DNA from: Raja brachyura | Taxonomy: Eukaryota | Assembly (NCBI GenBank): GCA_963514005.1 | Contig: OY740783.1 | Coordinates: 5,332,001-5,396,000 of the forward strand | Length of the DNA: 64,000 nucleotides | Reading direction: 5' to 3' | Shown: piece after piece, positions 12,905-25,675 of the stretch | Position numbering within the stretch: the first letter of the stretch is position 1 | Layout: each line of letters begins with the position of its first letter | Made by a program: the position numbers and the translations under genes | Notes under the pieces: model-generated | What the model saw: the letters and a program-made list of their open reading frames with translations, nothing else | The model's database searches: none | Told to the model about the DNA's origin: nothing

Positions 12905-15430
12905 ACAGTATGAGAGGGAATTAGCTAGGATAAACTGGCAAGTGATACTTAATGGCTTGACGATGGATATGTAATGGCAAAGATTTAAAGATCGTATGGA
13001 TGAATTGCAACAATTGTTCTCCCCTGTTTGGCGTAAAAGTAAAACGGGGAAGGCGGCTCAACTGTGGCTAACGATCGAAATTGGGGACAGTGTTAAATCC
13101 AAAGCGGATAAATTGGCCAGAGGAAGCAGCAAACCGGTGGACTGGGAGAAATTTAAAATTTAACATAAGAGGACAAAGGGTTTAATTAAGAGGAGGAAAG
13201 TGGAGCATGAAAGGAAGCTTGTGAGCAAAATATTAGTGAAGACAAATGTAGGTCCCTTACAGTCAGAAACAGGTTAATTTATAATGGGAAACAAGAAAAT
13301 GGCAGACCAGTTAAACAAATACTTTGGTTCTGTCTTCACTAAGGAAGACACAAACATTCCCCCAGAAATACAAGGGGACCCAGGGTCTAGTAGGAGGGAG
13401 GAAGTGAAGGAAATCCACATCAGTCAGGGAATGTTGTTGGGTAAACTGTTGGGACTGAAGGCAGATAAATCCCCAGAGCCTGATGGTCTGCATGCAAACC
13501 AACTCAAGGAGGTGGCCCTCGAAATCGTGGATGCATTCGTGATCATTTTCCAATGTTCTATCGACACAGGATCAGCTCCTGTGGACTGGAGGGTAGCTAA
13601 TGTAACCCCACTTTTTGAGGAAGGACGGAGAAAGAAAACAGGGAATTATAGACCAGTTAGCCTGACATCGGTAGTAGGGAAGATGCTTGAGTCGATTATT
13701 AAAGATGTTATAGCAGCGCATTTGGAAAGCACTGACAGGATCAGTCAAAATCGGCATGGATTTATGAAGGGGAAACCATGCTTTTTTTTGCATTTTTTGT
13801 TTGTTAGAAGTAAGTACAGTAATGTAGTACCTGATACATACATACATACATACATGTTGCCATTCTTGTACAAGTTCTTATTTTTTATTTAATAATAAAA
13901 TAGCAGTGATAGAAAAAGGAAAATAATGAGTGTCGAGATAGATAGACAAGAGAGTAGAAACAGATAGCGAGAGAGACAAAAAGCAGAGATAAGAAGCTAA
14001 GGAGATTGAAAAAGAAAAGGAAAATAAAAAGGAAAGAAATTAGAAGTGATATACCTATTTAATAACTTTACCCATCCATCACCCGTTTCTGAACCATTTA
14101 ATTTCTAAGGTTATGTTATGTTGCACCATATACTTATAAGAAGTCGATAAAAGGAGACCAAGTCTTTAAGAATTGGTCTACTTTGCCTAGTAGGAGGAAT
14201 CTCATTTCTTCAAGATGTAGCGTTTACGTCATATTTCAAATCCACATTTTAAACGTTGGAGTGGATGCGTTTTTCCAAAATTGAAGTATAAGTTTTTTTG
14301 CTGTTATTAAACCATAATTAAAGAGCGCTTCTTGGAACGTAGTTAATTTACGCCCCTCTTCCATTGATCCGAAGATAATCAGTTCTGTATTGGGGTTCAA
14401 TTTTGTGCTGAATAGTTTTGTAAAAGTCCCGAAGATTTCATTCCAAAATTTATGAAGTTTTGTACAGGAGACAAAGGAATGTGCTATAGTGGCATTTTGA
14501 GTTAGACATTTGTCACAAATGGGGGAAACATTTGGAAATATTTTATTCAACCTGGTTTTCGAGTAATATAGTCTATGTAAAATTTTAAATTGAATTAATG
14601 CTTGAAAAATTGGAAACCATGCTTGACTAATCTTCCGGAATTTTTTGAGTATGTAAGAGGGAAAATGAATAAGGGAGAGCCAATGGATGTGGTGTATCTG
14701 GACTACCTAATGCCCTTTGAAAAGGTCCCACACAATTGATTAGTGTGCAAAATGAGCGCACATGGTATTGGGGGTTAGATATTGTCAAGGATAGAAACTG
14801 GTTGGCATACAGGAAGCAAAGAGTAGGAATTAACGGGTCATTTTCAGAATGACAGGCCGCGACTAGTGGGTGGCTCAAGGCTCAATGCTGGTACCCCCAG
14901 GTATTTTCTATATATATTAACGATTTGGACGAAGGAATTAAATTTAACATCTCCAAGTTTGCGGATGACACAGAACTGGGTGGTAGTGTGAGTTTCGAGG
15001 AGGACTATTTGAGGCTACATGGTGACTTGGATATGTTGGGTCAGTGGGCAAATGCACGGTAGATGCAGTATAATGTGGATACATTTGAGGTTATCCATTT
15101 TGGTGGCAAGAAAAAGAAGGTAGATTATTATCTGAATGGTGTCAGATTAGGAAAAGGGGAGGTGCAACGAGACCTGTGTGTCCTTGTACATCAGTCACTG
15201 AAAATAAACGTGCAGGTTAGGCAGGCAGTGAAGAAAGCAAATGGCATGTTGGCCTTCACAGCGAGGGGATTTGAGTATAGGAGCAAGGGTGTCCCGCTGC
15301 AGATGTACAGGGCCCTGGTGAGACTACACCTATAGTATGGTGTGCAATTTTATCTCCTAATTTGAGGAAGAACATTCTTGCCATTGAATGAGTACAGCTT
15401 AGGTTCATCAGGTTAATTCCCGGGATGCCA
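12905..15430 (+). mobile_element. CR1 LINE split by a minus-strand L1 fragment (~13780-14600)
   Basis: CR1 ORFs 13284-13892 and 15063-15335. The L1 3' ORF 14236-14550 has the CDKC...HSFVSC cysteine-rich motif. Confidence 0.8.
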
Positions 15431-17344
15431 GACATAAAAACAGTTTTTTTCCACAAACAGTAGTTCTACTTAATAACCAAAAGTCTGTAAACTCCTTTTG
15501 CTCTGCTATTTTACTTCATTCACATGTTTGAACTATAATGTTTTATTCTTAATATTTTAATGTTTTATGTTTTATTCTTAATGGTTTAGTCTTAATGCGA
15601 GCGGAGCACCAAGACAAATTCTTTGTGACTGCACATACGTGGCCAATATGATGAAAGAATGGAGCGACTAGGCTTAAATCTCTTCCCTGTACGGGTGACC
15701 CGACCTTTTCCCTGTTGTCGTTGGGGCCTAGCACCGTGGAGCGGCCTCCAACCGGTACGACCCGGGCGCTCCAGTCGCGGAGCCTGCGGACTCACCATCG
15801 CGGAACTGGCCTGCTTCGGGGCGTGGAGAGCTGTGGTGGCGCACGGCTGCGACCCGACTCCGGAGCGCGGAGGCTCCAGCTGCAGGTCCGGTGGACGGTG
15901 ACATCGGGAGCTTGCGGGTCCCTGGTGGGAGACCGCTTTTCGGTGCTCCTGCAATGGCAGGGCTGCCAACTCTCACACACTGAGCGTGAGACTAACACGT
16001 TTGAGGAAATTCTCACGCCCTCACACTGATGACAGAAGTTCTCACGCTCAAAAAAATATTTTTTAAAATGTATGAATAAATAAATAAAGTCACACTCCTC
16101 CACACTCACCAATGGGAATAGTTTTTTGTTGGCAGGTACCCCGTAAAGAACGAGCAATTTTATTGGCTTAAGCCCATCGCACACTATTTAAAATGGCAAT
16201 GTAGGCAAAAATGCTGGAGAAACCCAGTGGGTGAGGCAGCATCTATGTCTGAGTTTGACCTTTCTTCAGATTCAAGCATTTCTCCAGGATTTTTATCTAC
16301 CGCTCTATAGATGCTGCCTCATCCGCATTCACATTCCCGTGCAGATGGGTGGTCCCAGCACTGCCCCCGTGTCCCCCCCTGAGGCACCGCTCACATCTCC
16401 CACCCTCACCTCCGGCGGCTCTGTCCACACCACATGGAGTTTTAACCCCGGCCCGGAGCCAGGAGCCGACCGGGTGAGTGGGGGCATCGGGGCCGCCTCC
16501 GGAGCCGCGGGGATGAATCTCGGGCTAAGGCGCCGCTCCGATGCCTGACCCCCGGGTCACTGAACCTCACCTCCCCCGGACCCCCGGGCCACTGACCCTC
16601 ACCTCCCCTGGACTCAAGCTGGACACAGAGCACCTGGGCCGGCCCGCATTCCCGGGGAGGGGGGGAGAGAGGGAAATGCTCCCCGGATATCGCCAAGTCT
16701 CCGCTCACTCCGGGTGTTGTCGCCGCTTCACTGATCCACACTCTCACACACACTGGCACACACAAAGTTTAAAGGGATTTGGGCCAAATGGGAATAAATG
16801 GGACTACTTTAGATGGGGCATGTTAATCTGCATGAACAAGTTGGGATGAAGGGCCTGTTTCCATGCTGTAAGACTATGACACACTGTAGAAAGGGTGCAA
16901 TTGCTCTGGAGAGGATCCAGGGATGATTTATGAACATATTGGCGTGGCTGGAATTTTTATTTTCACTTTGAAGAAAGATTTGATAACTGGAATTGTATTC
17001 TCTGCAGCAACAGAGGTGAAGAAGAGACTTAGTTGAGGTGAATAATATTATGAGAATAGGACCTGTTTCGCTTAATAAGGAGTGTAAGAAGGAACTGCAG
17101 ATGCTGGCTTAAACTGAAGATAGATACTAAAAGCTGGAATAACTCAGCAGGACATGTAGCATCTCTGGAGAGAAAGAATAGGTGATGTTTCGGGTCGAGA
17201 CCTTCAGACTGAAGAGGTTGAAAACCAGCCATAAAACACAATGACTGGAGATGTGTGATATCCAACTAATGGCAGGAATTAGAATCATGTGTTCATCTTT
17301 ATTGACGTGTCACCATAATAAATATTACAGAAAAAATAATTTAA

Positions 17345-17620
17345 TGGGGTGGCACGATGGCGTATCGGTAGAGTTGCTGCCTTGCAGCACCACAGACCCA
17401 GATTTGATCCTGACTACGGGTGCAGTCTGTACAGTATTTATACATTCTCCTTATGACCACATGGTTTTCTGTGGAAATTCCGGTTTCTCCCACATCTGAG
17501 AGAAGTGCAGGTTTGTAGGTTAATTGGCTTCTGTAAATTGTCCGTGGCGTGTAGGATACAACTGGTGTATGATAGATTGCGGTCGGTGTCGACTTGGTGG
17601 GCCGAAGGGCCTGTTTCCAT
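17345..17620 (+). mobile_element. tRNA-derived SINE (HE1/V-SINE-like), decayed
   Basis: ggcacgatggcg.. A-box-like head, ccggtttctcccacat central region, and CR1-like 3' end gggccgaagggcctgtttcc. Confidence 0.7.
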
Positions 17621-18148
17621 ATATATATGTTTTACATATATATCTTAATTTCATTGAACAATATATGGTTGATTATGTGGAATTATTTTCATCTTGTGTC
17701 TATAGTCAAAGGGTAAGTTTAATTGATTTATTTGTGCAGATCAGTGATGGAAGTCAGATTCTTCTTGCTTTTTTCTATGTTTTGGTTTCTCTATATTTTC
17801 ATAACAGCTCTATATATGAATTATAATCTGATTTCCATACATGAATATACTAATGTCATTCATGTGCTGCACCTGTTGATCAGAGCCTGGCTCTACTGTG
17901 GAATGTAATTAGGAATGTAATTTAGCCTAACCTTATTCACACCTGATCCAATTTGAAGCATAAATATTGCATTGTGTAAGTTAAAAGTATGCACCAGATT
18001 CCACAATTTCAAACTGAAAAATGCAAAAGCTTCCTACCATGGGAGGTGGGACAGCAAGAGAGTTTTGAATCTGTGGAATTCACTGCCACAGAAGGCAGTG
18101 GAGGCCAATTCACTGTGTGTTTCCAAAACAGAATTAGATATACTATAT

Positions 18149-19505
18149 ACCAACTTCCATCCGGCACTCAAATATACTTGGACCATTTCCAACTTCCATC
18201 CGGCACTCAAATATACTTGGACCATTTCCGACATTTCCCTACCATTCCTTGACCTCACCATCTCTATTGCAGGTGATACACTCCTGACTGACATCCACTA
18301 CAAACCAACTGACTCCCACAGCTACCTGGACTACTCTTCCTCCCACCCTGCTTCCTGTAAGGACTCCATCCCCTATTCCCAATTCCTCCGTCTACGCCGC
18401 ATCTGCTCCCAGGATGACGTGTTCCACACCAGGTCATCGCAAATGTCCTCGTTCTTCAGAGAACGGGGTTTCCCCTCCCCCACTATAGATGAGGCTCGCA
18501 CCAGGGTCTCCTCCATACCCCGCAACACTGCCCTCTCTCCCCATTCCCCCACTCACAACAAGGGCCGAGTCCCCCTGGTCCTCACCTTTCACCCCACCAG
18601 CCAGCGCATACAACAGATAGTCCTCCGCCAGTTTCGTCACCTCCAACGTGACCCCTCCACTCGCCACATCTTCCCATCTCCCCCCCTGTCTGCCTTCCGC
18701 AAAGACCGCTCCCTCCGCAACTCCCTCGTCAATTCTTCCCTTCCCTCCCGCTCCACTCCTTCCCCGGGCACTTTCCCTTGCAACCGCAAGAGATGCTACA
18801 CTTGTCCCTTCACCTCCCCCATCCACTCCTTTCAGGGACCCAAGCAGTCATTCCAAGTCCGACAGAGGTTCACCTGCACCTCCTCCAACCTCATCTACTG
18901 CATCCGTTGCTCCAGATGCCAGCTGATCTACATCGGTGAGACCAAGCGGAGGCTGGGCGATCGTTTCGCCGAACACCTCCGCTCGGTCCGCAATAACCAA
19001 CCCGACCTCCCGGTGGCTCAGCACTTCAACTCCCCCTCCCACTGCGTATCCGACCTCTCGGTCCTGGGCCTCCTCCACGGCCAGAGTGATCAACACCGCA
19101 AGTTGGAGGAACAGCACCTCATATTCCGCTTGGGGAGTCTGCATCCTCTGGGCTTAAACATTGAATTTTCTCAATTCTGTTAACCCAGACTGCCTCCCCC
19201 CCACCTCTCCCTCAGCCCTCTGGCCCTGACATTCCTTCTCCATCTCCCCCCCCCCCCCCCCCAGTCGCACTAGCTTCTCATTTTCACACCACAAACAGCT
19301 TACAATGGCCTGCTTCCTTTATCACCAATACTTTTTTGCATATCTTTCACTCATTGTTCCTTATCTCTCCACATCACTGTTTATATCTCTCGTTTCCCTG
19401 ATCCCTGACCAGTCTGAAGAAGGGTCTCGACCCGAAACGTCGCCTATCTCCTTCGCTCCTTAGATGCTGCTGCACCCGCTGAGTTTCTCCAGCTTTTTGT
19501 GTAAC
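18149..19505 (+). mobile_element. Penelope-like element (RT C-terminus plus GIY-YIG endonuclease), 5' truncated with a 39-bp 5' duplication
   Basis: Uninterrupted frame to 19183 with LPFLDL, YKPTD...YL...S.HP, CxxxxCxxC and NLIYCIRC..C...YIGET.R....RF.EH. Confidence 0.93.
19414..19441 (+). ncRNA. Minimal hammerhead-ribozyme-like core in the Penelope 3' repeat
   Basis: CTGAAGA-A-GGGTC(TC)GACCC-GAAA-CG-TC: a CUGANGA box, stem II, GAAA, palindromic ACGU in place of stem III, and a GUC cleavage triplet. Stem I is weak. Confidence 0.6.
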
Positions 19506-20966
19506 CCTAGATATACTATACATCTTGGATCTAACAGAATCAAGGGATATCGGGAGAAAGCAGGAACGGGGTAATGATTTTGGATGATCAGCCATGATCA
19601 TATGGAATGGCGGTGCTGGCTCGAAAGGCCGAATGGCCCCTATTTTCTATGTTTCTATATTTTACTCACGTGTTCTAATCTGCTTCTGCACTGATATCGA
19701 TTAACCTGCGAAATTAAATCTTTGTAAATAATTTGCTGGCCTCTGTGATTTTATGTAAAAAAAAAATCTACATTTAGGAGACATAGAGCCTAAACTGACT
19801 TAAGTCTGGAGACTCTTTCTTCGTGGGAATGAAAATCCCCCCTGCCCTCCTCCAAACCCTTGGTATGACCTGCTTCTGCCAAACTATTCGCAAAAGCGTC
19901 TGCGAGAATCTAAGCACATCAGGTGCACGTTTATATGCTTGGTAAGAGACTCAACTCGGCCCTGGAGCTGAATAAGCCTTTTCACGCCATATTACTCCTT
20001 TAACTTCGGTGGCAAAACATCTAACATATGCTCTATCTCTCCTAAGGTTGGTAGATCTGGAGGGAACATGGGCCCGACACTGGGCCCTATGACGGCAGGC
20101 CCAGTCAGTAATCAAACAACCTAAGGTCCAGAAACACAAAGCACACAGAGTTGGTCTTGCATTATGCCACGGAAAGTAGGCCCAATCTCTATTCAAATTA
20201 CTCTGGGCCCAGTAACTATAGTTGCAGTTACCCTGATAGTGCGCTGAATGGGCCAAATGCAACCAAATGAGACTAGTCCATGATACCCAACTAGTGGGAT
20301 GGGTAGATTGCATCGCTTTGTGTCTCCGTGTGGACTATTCTTATTTGGGGGGCAATATTCCCTCACTCCTCGCTGTCAAAGGCCGCACCAACGTCCCAGT
20401 AAAAGTGTAACCACGATGGGTACGAGGCAAATCGATCTGAACTAATTTACTATCCGTTGGTGTAATGTGATCCCAGCTAATTCCAGATGCTGACGAATAA
20501 TTCTTAATGTCTATCCTTGTATCTTGCCCGTTCTAGACTCCATACCCAGAATCATACCCATGTACGTTGCTGGTCTCTCTGACGGTGTTGGCTGCATCAG
20601 GTGCACACTCGTTGCTTTGAAACATTTCTTTGAATATTCGACAGACATATAAGAGGGTGTGTGATATTACTTAGTGCTTGGTGGAGCAGGCAGTTTGTCA
20701 TCACAACCTATTTGTCGAAGATAGTTACTGTATAAGGGGAGTTTGCGAAAAGCTTCTCCTGGAACTTTGGCATAAAATGCACTCAAATATATATGACCTT
20801 AACTTCATCGTACACCCAAGCACGCAATGACCGCATAATCGAAGTGATTCCTATTCTACCAACCAGCGATTTGAGAGAAATTATCTTTAGGCGTATTTAG
20901 CAGCAGGTGCTGGTTCCTTCGAGAAACAAACTTAGCAAACCAGGTTCGGCTTTATGTAATTCCGCT

Positions 20967-20972
20967 TTTATT
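20967..20972 (-). terminator. Candidate membrane-form poly(A) signal
   Basis: First AATAAA I found on the minus strand 3' of the TM2 stop (~770 nt away). Confidence 0.35.
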
Positions 20973-21737
20973 TATGATTTCACAGAAAACATATTACAGA
21001 GAAGCTTTCAAAAGCATAACACGAAGTGGTCATAATAACTGAATTCCACACGGCAACAGGTACACTCAACATTTAGCTCGAGAGTCGAAGATTAGCTCTG
21101 AATTATGGAGAGGACAATTGTGCAGAAAAAGGAGTAAAGAGATATTTGCTCATACGCGGAATGTGCGCGCGCGTTTGGATTTTCCTTCGAAGGAATAATG
21201 TGGAAGCTTTGGAGAAGATGCAGAAGAGGTTTACTAGAATGCTGCAGGGGTTTAGAGTTGTTAGCTACAAGAAGTGGTGAGCTAAACATGGATTGTTTTC
21301 TTTGGAGCTTCGGAGGGAGGTTGAAGGAGGACCCGATAGAAGTTTTTGGAATAATGACATTGACAGGCGTAGAGAGTGTGTCTGAATTTAACATGAAGTT
21401 TGTGATGTAACGCAATTCTATACAACGGCATTCAACACCGGAATGACACGAATTTGGCCCATGTAAAGAAAAGAGAATGTAGAGAAAAAAATTTAAAAAA
21501 CAACATGTATACCGTTTGAGAAAACCGACTCATTTTCACATGATATTCAAATTACGATTACAATTTGATACATTAACGCTATACTAATGGCAACTAAACA
21601 ATATACAACAAGTCCGATCGACAGAAAGAAGTATTGCTTATCATATTGTCCGTTTCAGATTGGAACATTTCCCTTGGTTACAACGGATATTGTCCATAGG
21701 CCGGTCAGAAAAATACCCGGTTTTCAACATTCAATCG

Positions 21738-21746
21738 TCACTTGAC
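21738..21746 (-). CDS. IGHM: IgM transmembrane exon TM2 (V-K-stop)
   Basis: Polypyrimidine tract ctctccctctctttacag| GTC AAG TGA completes the canonical KVK cytoplasmic tail. Confidence 0.9.
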   Translation of the reverse strand, partial: VK

Positions 21747-21769
21747 CTGTAAAGAGAGGGAGAGAATAT

Positions 21770-22211
21770 GGGACGTCAGGACTTTCATATGAAGAAAGAC
21801 TGGATAGACTCGGCTTGTACTCGCTAGAATTTAGAAGATTGAGGGGGGATCTTATAGAAACTTACAAAATTCTTAAGGGGTTGGACTGGCGAGATGCAGG
21901 AAGATTGTTCCCGATGTTGGGGAGGTCCAGGACAAGGGGTCACAATTTAAGGATAAGGGGGAAGTCTTTTAGGACCGAGATGAGAAAAACATTTTTCACA
22001 CAGAGAGTGGTGGGTCTCTGGAATTCTCCGCCACAGAAGGTGGTTGAGGCCAGTTGAGGGAGTTAGATGTGGTCCTTGTGGCTAGAGGGATCAGGGGGTA
22101 TGGAGAGAAGGCAGGTATAGGATACTGAGTTGGATGATCATATTGAAAAGCGGTACAGGCTCGAAGGGCCGAATGGCCGACTCCTGCACCTATTTTCTAT
22201 GTTTCTATGTT
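21770..22211 (+). mobile_element. CR1 3' fragment in the TM1-TM2 intron
   Basis: YSLEFRRLRGDLIETYKI ORF plus (tttctatg)n tail. Confidence 0.85.
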
Positions 22212-22330
22212 TGTAATATGAAAGTGCATTAGCAGTCTGTGACGAAGATGCCAGGGCCTTCAAAGAGTACGATAATCGATATTTTGCCCGACTCTTCAAT
22301 CGGGTGGAAAAGTAAGTGGAATGAACTCGC

Positions 22331-22458
22331 CTTCACCAGAGTTACGGCAGCGCCGTAGGAAATGCTCAGGAAGAACAGGATAATGAATGTGGAAGCGGTT
22401 GTCCAGATGTTGTCTCTGTCTTCCTCATAGTCCTCAATACGAACGTCGTCGGCGTAAT
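22331..22458 (-). CDS. IGHM: IgM transmembrane exon TM1
   Basis: Not in the ORF track. gcgtag| DYADDVRIEDYEEDRDNIWTTASTFIILFFLSISYGAAVTLVK |GCGAGT: an acidic spacer followed by the conserved antigen-receptor TM motif (WTTASTFI.LF.LS..Y...VT). Confidence 0.95.
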
Positions 22459-23110
22459 CTACGCAAAGCAGAACGCGAAGACATTCACAGTGTTTTCTTA
22501 TATATTACATTGTATTTTATTTATTACTTACCAAAATAATACGAATATTAATATTGGGGATATTAATTTACTATGAACTGTTTTTACGCTGAGGTAATCA
22601 CCCTCAATAAATATATACAAAATCATGACCATTTGTAGCCACAGCAGCTAATAAAGAACCGTTTATGAATAGTTTTAGAGAAAGCCATGTGTATGTATAT
22701 TTCTGGGATTAATTGTTCATTTTATAAACGTCCGCTTCCCATTAATATAATTTTCTAACCGAGATGATATAAAAATGGAAACTGGTTATTGCTTACAATG
22801 TTATCAGATAAACCTTTATTTGGAGTTGGCGACCGGACCTCGGCGAAGGAACTCACTGAACGCAAACATTGCCATAATTCCCACATTAGAACCCTGTTGT
22901 CTGATGTATCCTGTTTTCGGATAGGTAATGGAGGAAGGCTTGTCTACAAAAATAGCTTTAAACTATTTAATAGGCAATACTTTTTCTGGTGTAAAATATG
23001 GAGCATGAATTAATCTACGGTTACACTTAGTCTTTTGGAACGCGTGGAAAACTACTGGTTAAATGATCTGAATTGCCCTTGCCTTTGCCTGTAACTGGGA
23101 GGACGTGTAT

Positions 23111-25046
23111 NNNNNNNNNNNNNNNNNNNNNNNNNNNNNNNNNNNNNNNNNNNNNNNNNNNNNNNNNNNNNNNNNNNNNNNNNNNNNNNNNNNNNNNNNN
23201 NNNNNNNNNNNNNNNNNNNNNNNNNNNNNNNNNNNNNNNNNNNNNNNNNNNNNNNNNNNNNNNNNNNNNNNNNNNNNNNNNNNNNNNNNNNNNNNNNNNN
23301 NNNNNNNNNNNNNNNNNNNNNNNNNNNNTGTGAGTGTGTGCCTGTGTATGTGTGTGTGTGTGTGAGTGGGTGCGTGTGTGTATNNNNNNNNNNNNNNNNN
23401 NNNNNNNNNNNNNNNNNNNNNNNNNNNNNNNNNNNNNNNNNNNNNNNNNNNNNNNNNNNNNNNNNNNNNNNNNNNNNNNNNNNNNNNNNNNNNNNNNNNN
23501 NNNNNNNNNNNNNNNNNNNNNNNNNNNNNNNNNNNNNNNNNNNNNNNNNNNNNNNNNNNNNNNNNNNNNNNNNNNNNNNNNNNNNNNNNNNNNNNNNNNN
23601 NNNNNNNNNNNNNCGTAGTTGTAGAAAATCTATTTCAACATCAATCAGGATTTGTGAAGAAGAAAAATATTATACGAGTCAATATATCTGCTACCGTGTA
23701 TTGGCACGGGAAATTTGCTGTGAAGGTCCATTGGTATTAAAGTGAGCGTCTAAATGTATTTGTGTTGTATTCATGTGTTTTATTTTGTGTAAATATGCGC
23801 TTTTAGATAACCGTTCCTATTATTTTGCATTTCACAGAATGTTTGATTACTGGCCTGTTTAGGTGGATGTCCATGTGCTATGGTGTATATATGTCGTTAA
23901 TTGTGTTTTATGTATGTTTCTATGCGACCCATAAATTATTTTATTTTCGTGCGCTGGCTGATGTTTTGTGATTAGTGTGCTCCGTGTACTTCTGGGGGAG
24001 AGCTGGAAACGGAGTTGCCCTTGTCTAACGCTCGAGCCGGGTGCTATTAAATCCCTCGCCGCATCTGATATTGGGCTCGAAGTTCGTGTTCTCACCAGCC
24101 GCTCAGACCGGTGATCCCATCAATCGCCTGCACACACTATCAGGGGCGATGACCGTTTATTAAGTGAGCGCCACAGTATTCTCGACCCGAAATTAAACAG
24201 CCCACTTCTTCATGGGAATAATCTATTCTGCTGACACTTTATTCCTGAGCTTTCAAGTTGCACTTAGTTGTACTTGGAATTACGTTGCTTTCATTTTTAT
24301 CATTTAATGGAGGCCAAATCACTGGATGGATTTAAGAGAGTTGGATAGAGCTCTCGGGGCTAGTGGAGTCAAGGGATATGTGGAGAAGGCAGGCACGGGT
24401 TATTGATAGCGGACTATCAGCCATGATCACAATGAATGGCGGTGCTGGCTCGAAGGGCCGAATGGCCTCCTCCTGCACCTATTTTCTATGTTTCTAAAAA
24501 TAAATTGGATAGGTATATGGACGGGAAAGGAATGGAGGGTTATGGTCTGACTGCAGGTAGATGGGACTAGGTGAGAGTAAGTGTTCGGCACGGACTAGAA
24601 GGGCCGAGATGGCCTGTTTCCGTGCTGTAATTGTTATATGGTTATTGCATTGATATCGGCTGTTTGGACTCTGCGTTCCAGAAGACTTTCAGCGATAACA
24701 TTGTCTTTTCATTAATATATGGAGGTTCCACTCTCATTCCTTATTTTTGGGCGTGTTTGTGTGTGTGTGTGTGTGCCTGCGTGTGTATGAGTGTGCTTGT
24801 GCATGTGCTTGTGTGTATGTGTGCCTGTGTGTGTGAGTGCGTGTGTGCGCGCGTGTGAGTTTGATTGTGAGTGTGTGCCTGTGTATGTNNNNNNNNNNNN
24901 NNNNNNNNNNNNNNNNNNNNNNNNNNNNNNNNNNNNNNNNNNNNNNNNNNNNNNNNNNNNNNNNNNNNNNNNNNNNNNNNNNNNNNNNNNNNNNNNNNNN
25001 NNNNNNNNNNNNNNNNNNNNNNNNNNNNNNNNNNNNNNNNNNNNNN
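23111..25046. other. Assembly gaps (23111-23328, 23384-23613, 24889-25046; another at 39602-39753)
   Basis: N runs next to (TG)n or (GACA)n microsatellites. Confidence 0.99.
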
Positions 25047-25675
25047 CAGGCGTAGTTGTAGAAAATCTATTTCAACATCAATCAGCATTTGTGAAGAAGA
25101 AAAATAAGTGTGTGTGTGTTAGTATGTGTGTGTGTGTGTGTGTGTGTGAGTGTGTGTGTTTATATTGTTAATCCTCGTGCAATTGTGCAAATATGTTGAG
25201 TACATGGCACTATGTAAACGTTTCACGTGATTATGCAGATGGGCGTTCACACAATGAGACATTGAATGTGGATTTCAATCCATATGTGGAAATAGAAATG
25301 TGTGCAGAAATATGCGTGACAGACGCATGGCAAATTACAAGTTCCCCTCATGCGGGCGGAAGAGGACGAGTTGCTACGACGTCTCACATCCTGCCTCGGA
25401 TCTGAATGGATTGGAAACAGGAGAAGGAGAGAAATGGAGATCCACAGACATGGACCCATATCTGCCCAGCAAGAGCAATAATGTTGAAGTGAGTCCGCTA
25501 TTCGTGCAGCTGTGACTTATCTCCCAAACCCCGATGTTACTGTGTGTGCAGTCTGCATCCGTTTTCCGTGAATGGTCGGCAAGATTTTCAAGTATCAACG
25601 TCATCGTTTTGGCAAATGTTCTGTATAATTAATTGGGTGGCCATGTGTTCAGCTCAAGATTGGAAGTTAAATGTA

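Noticed and set aside
17972-18148. N-terminal part of the 403-aa ORF as Penelope protein
   Set aside because: It is flanking DNA plus a CR1 scrap (LNLWNSLPQKAVEA) that happens to be in frame.
19951-20313. 120-aa minus-strand ORF
   Set aside because: No recognisable motif or splice context; the length is compatible with chance.
23614-25106. ~55-bp direct repeat at 23614 and 25051
   Set aside because: Both copies directly follow N gaps next to (TG)n tracts, so it is probably a scaffolding artefact.
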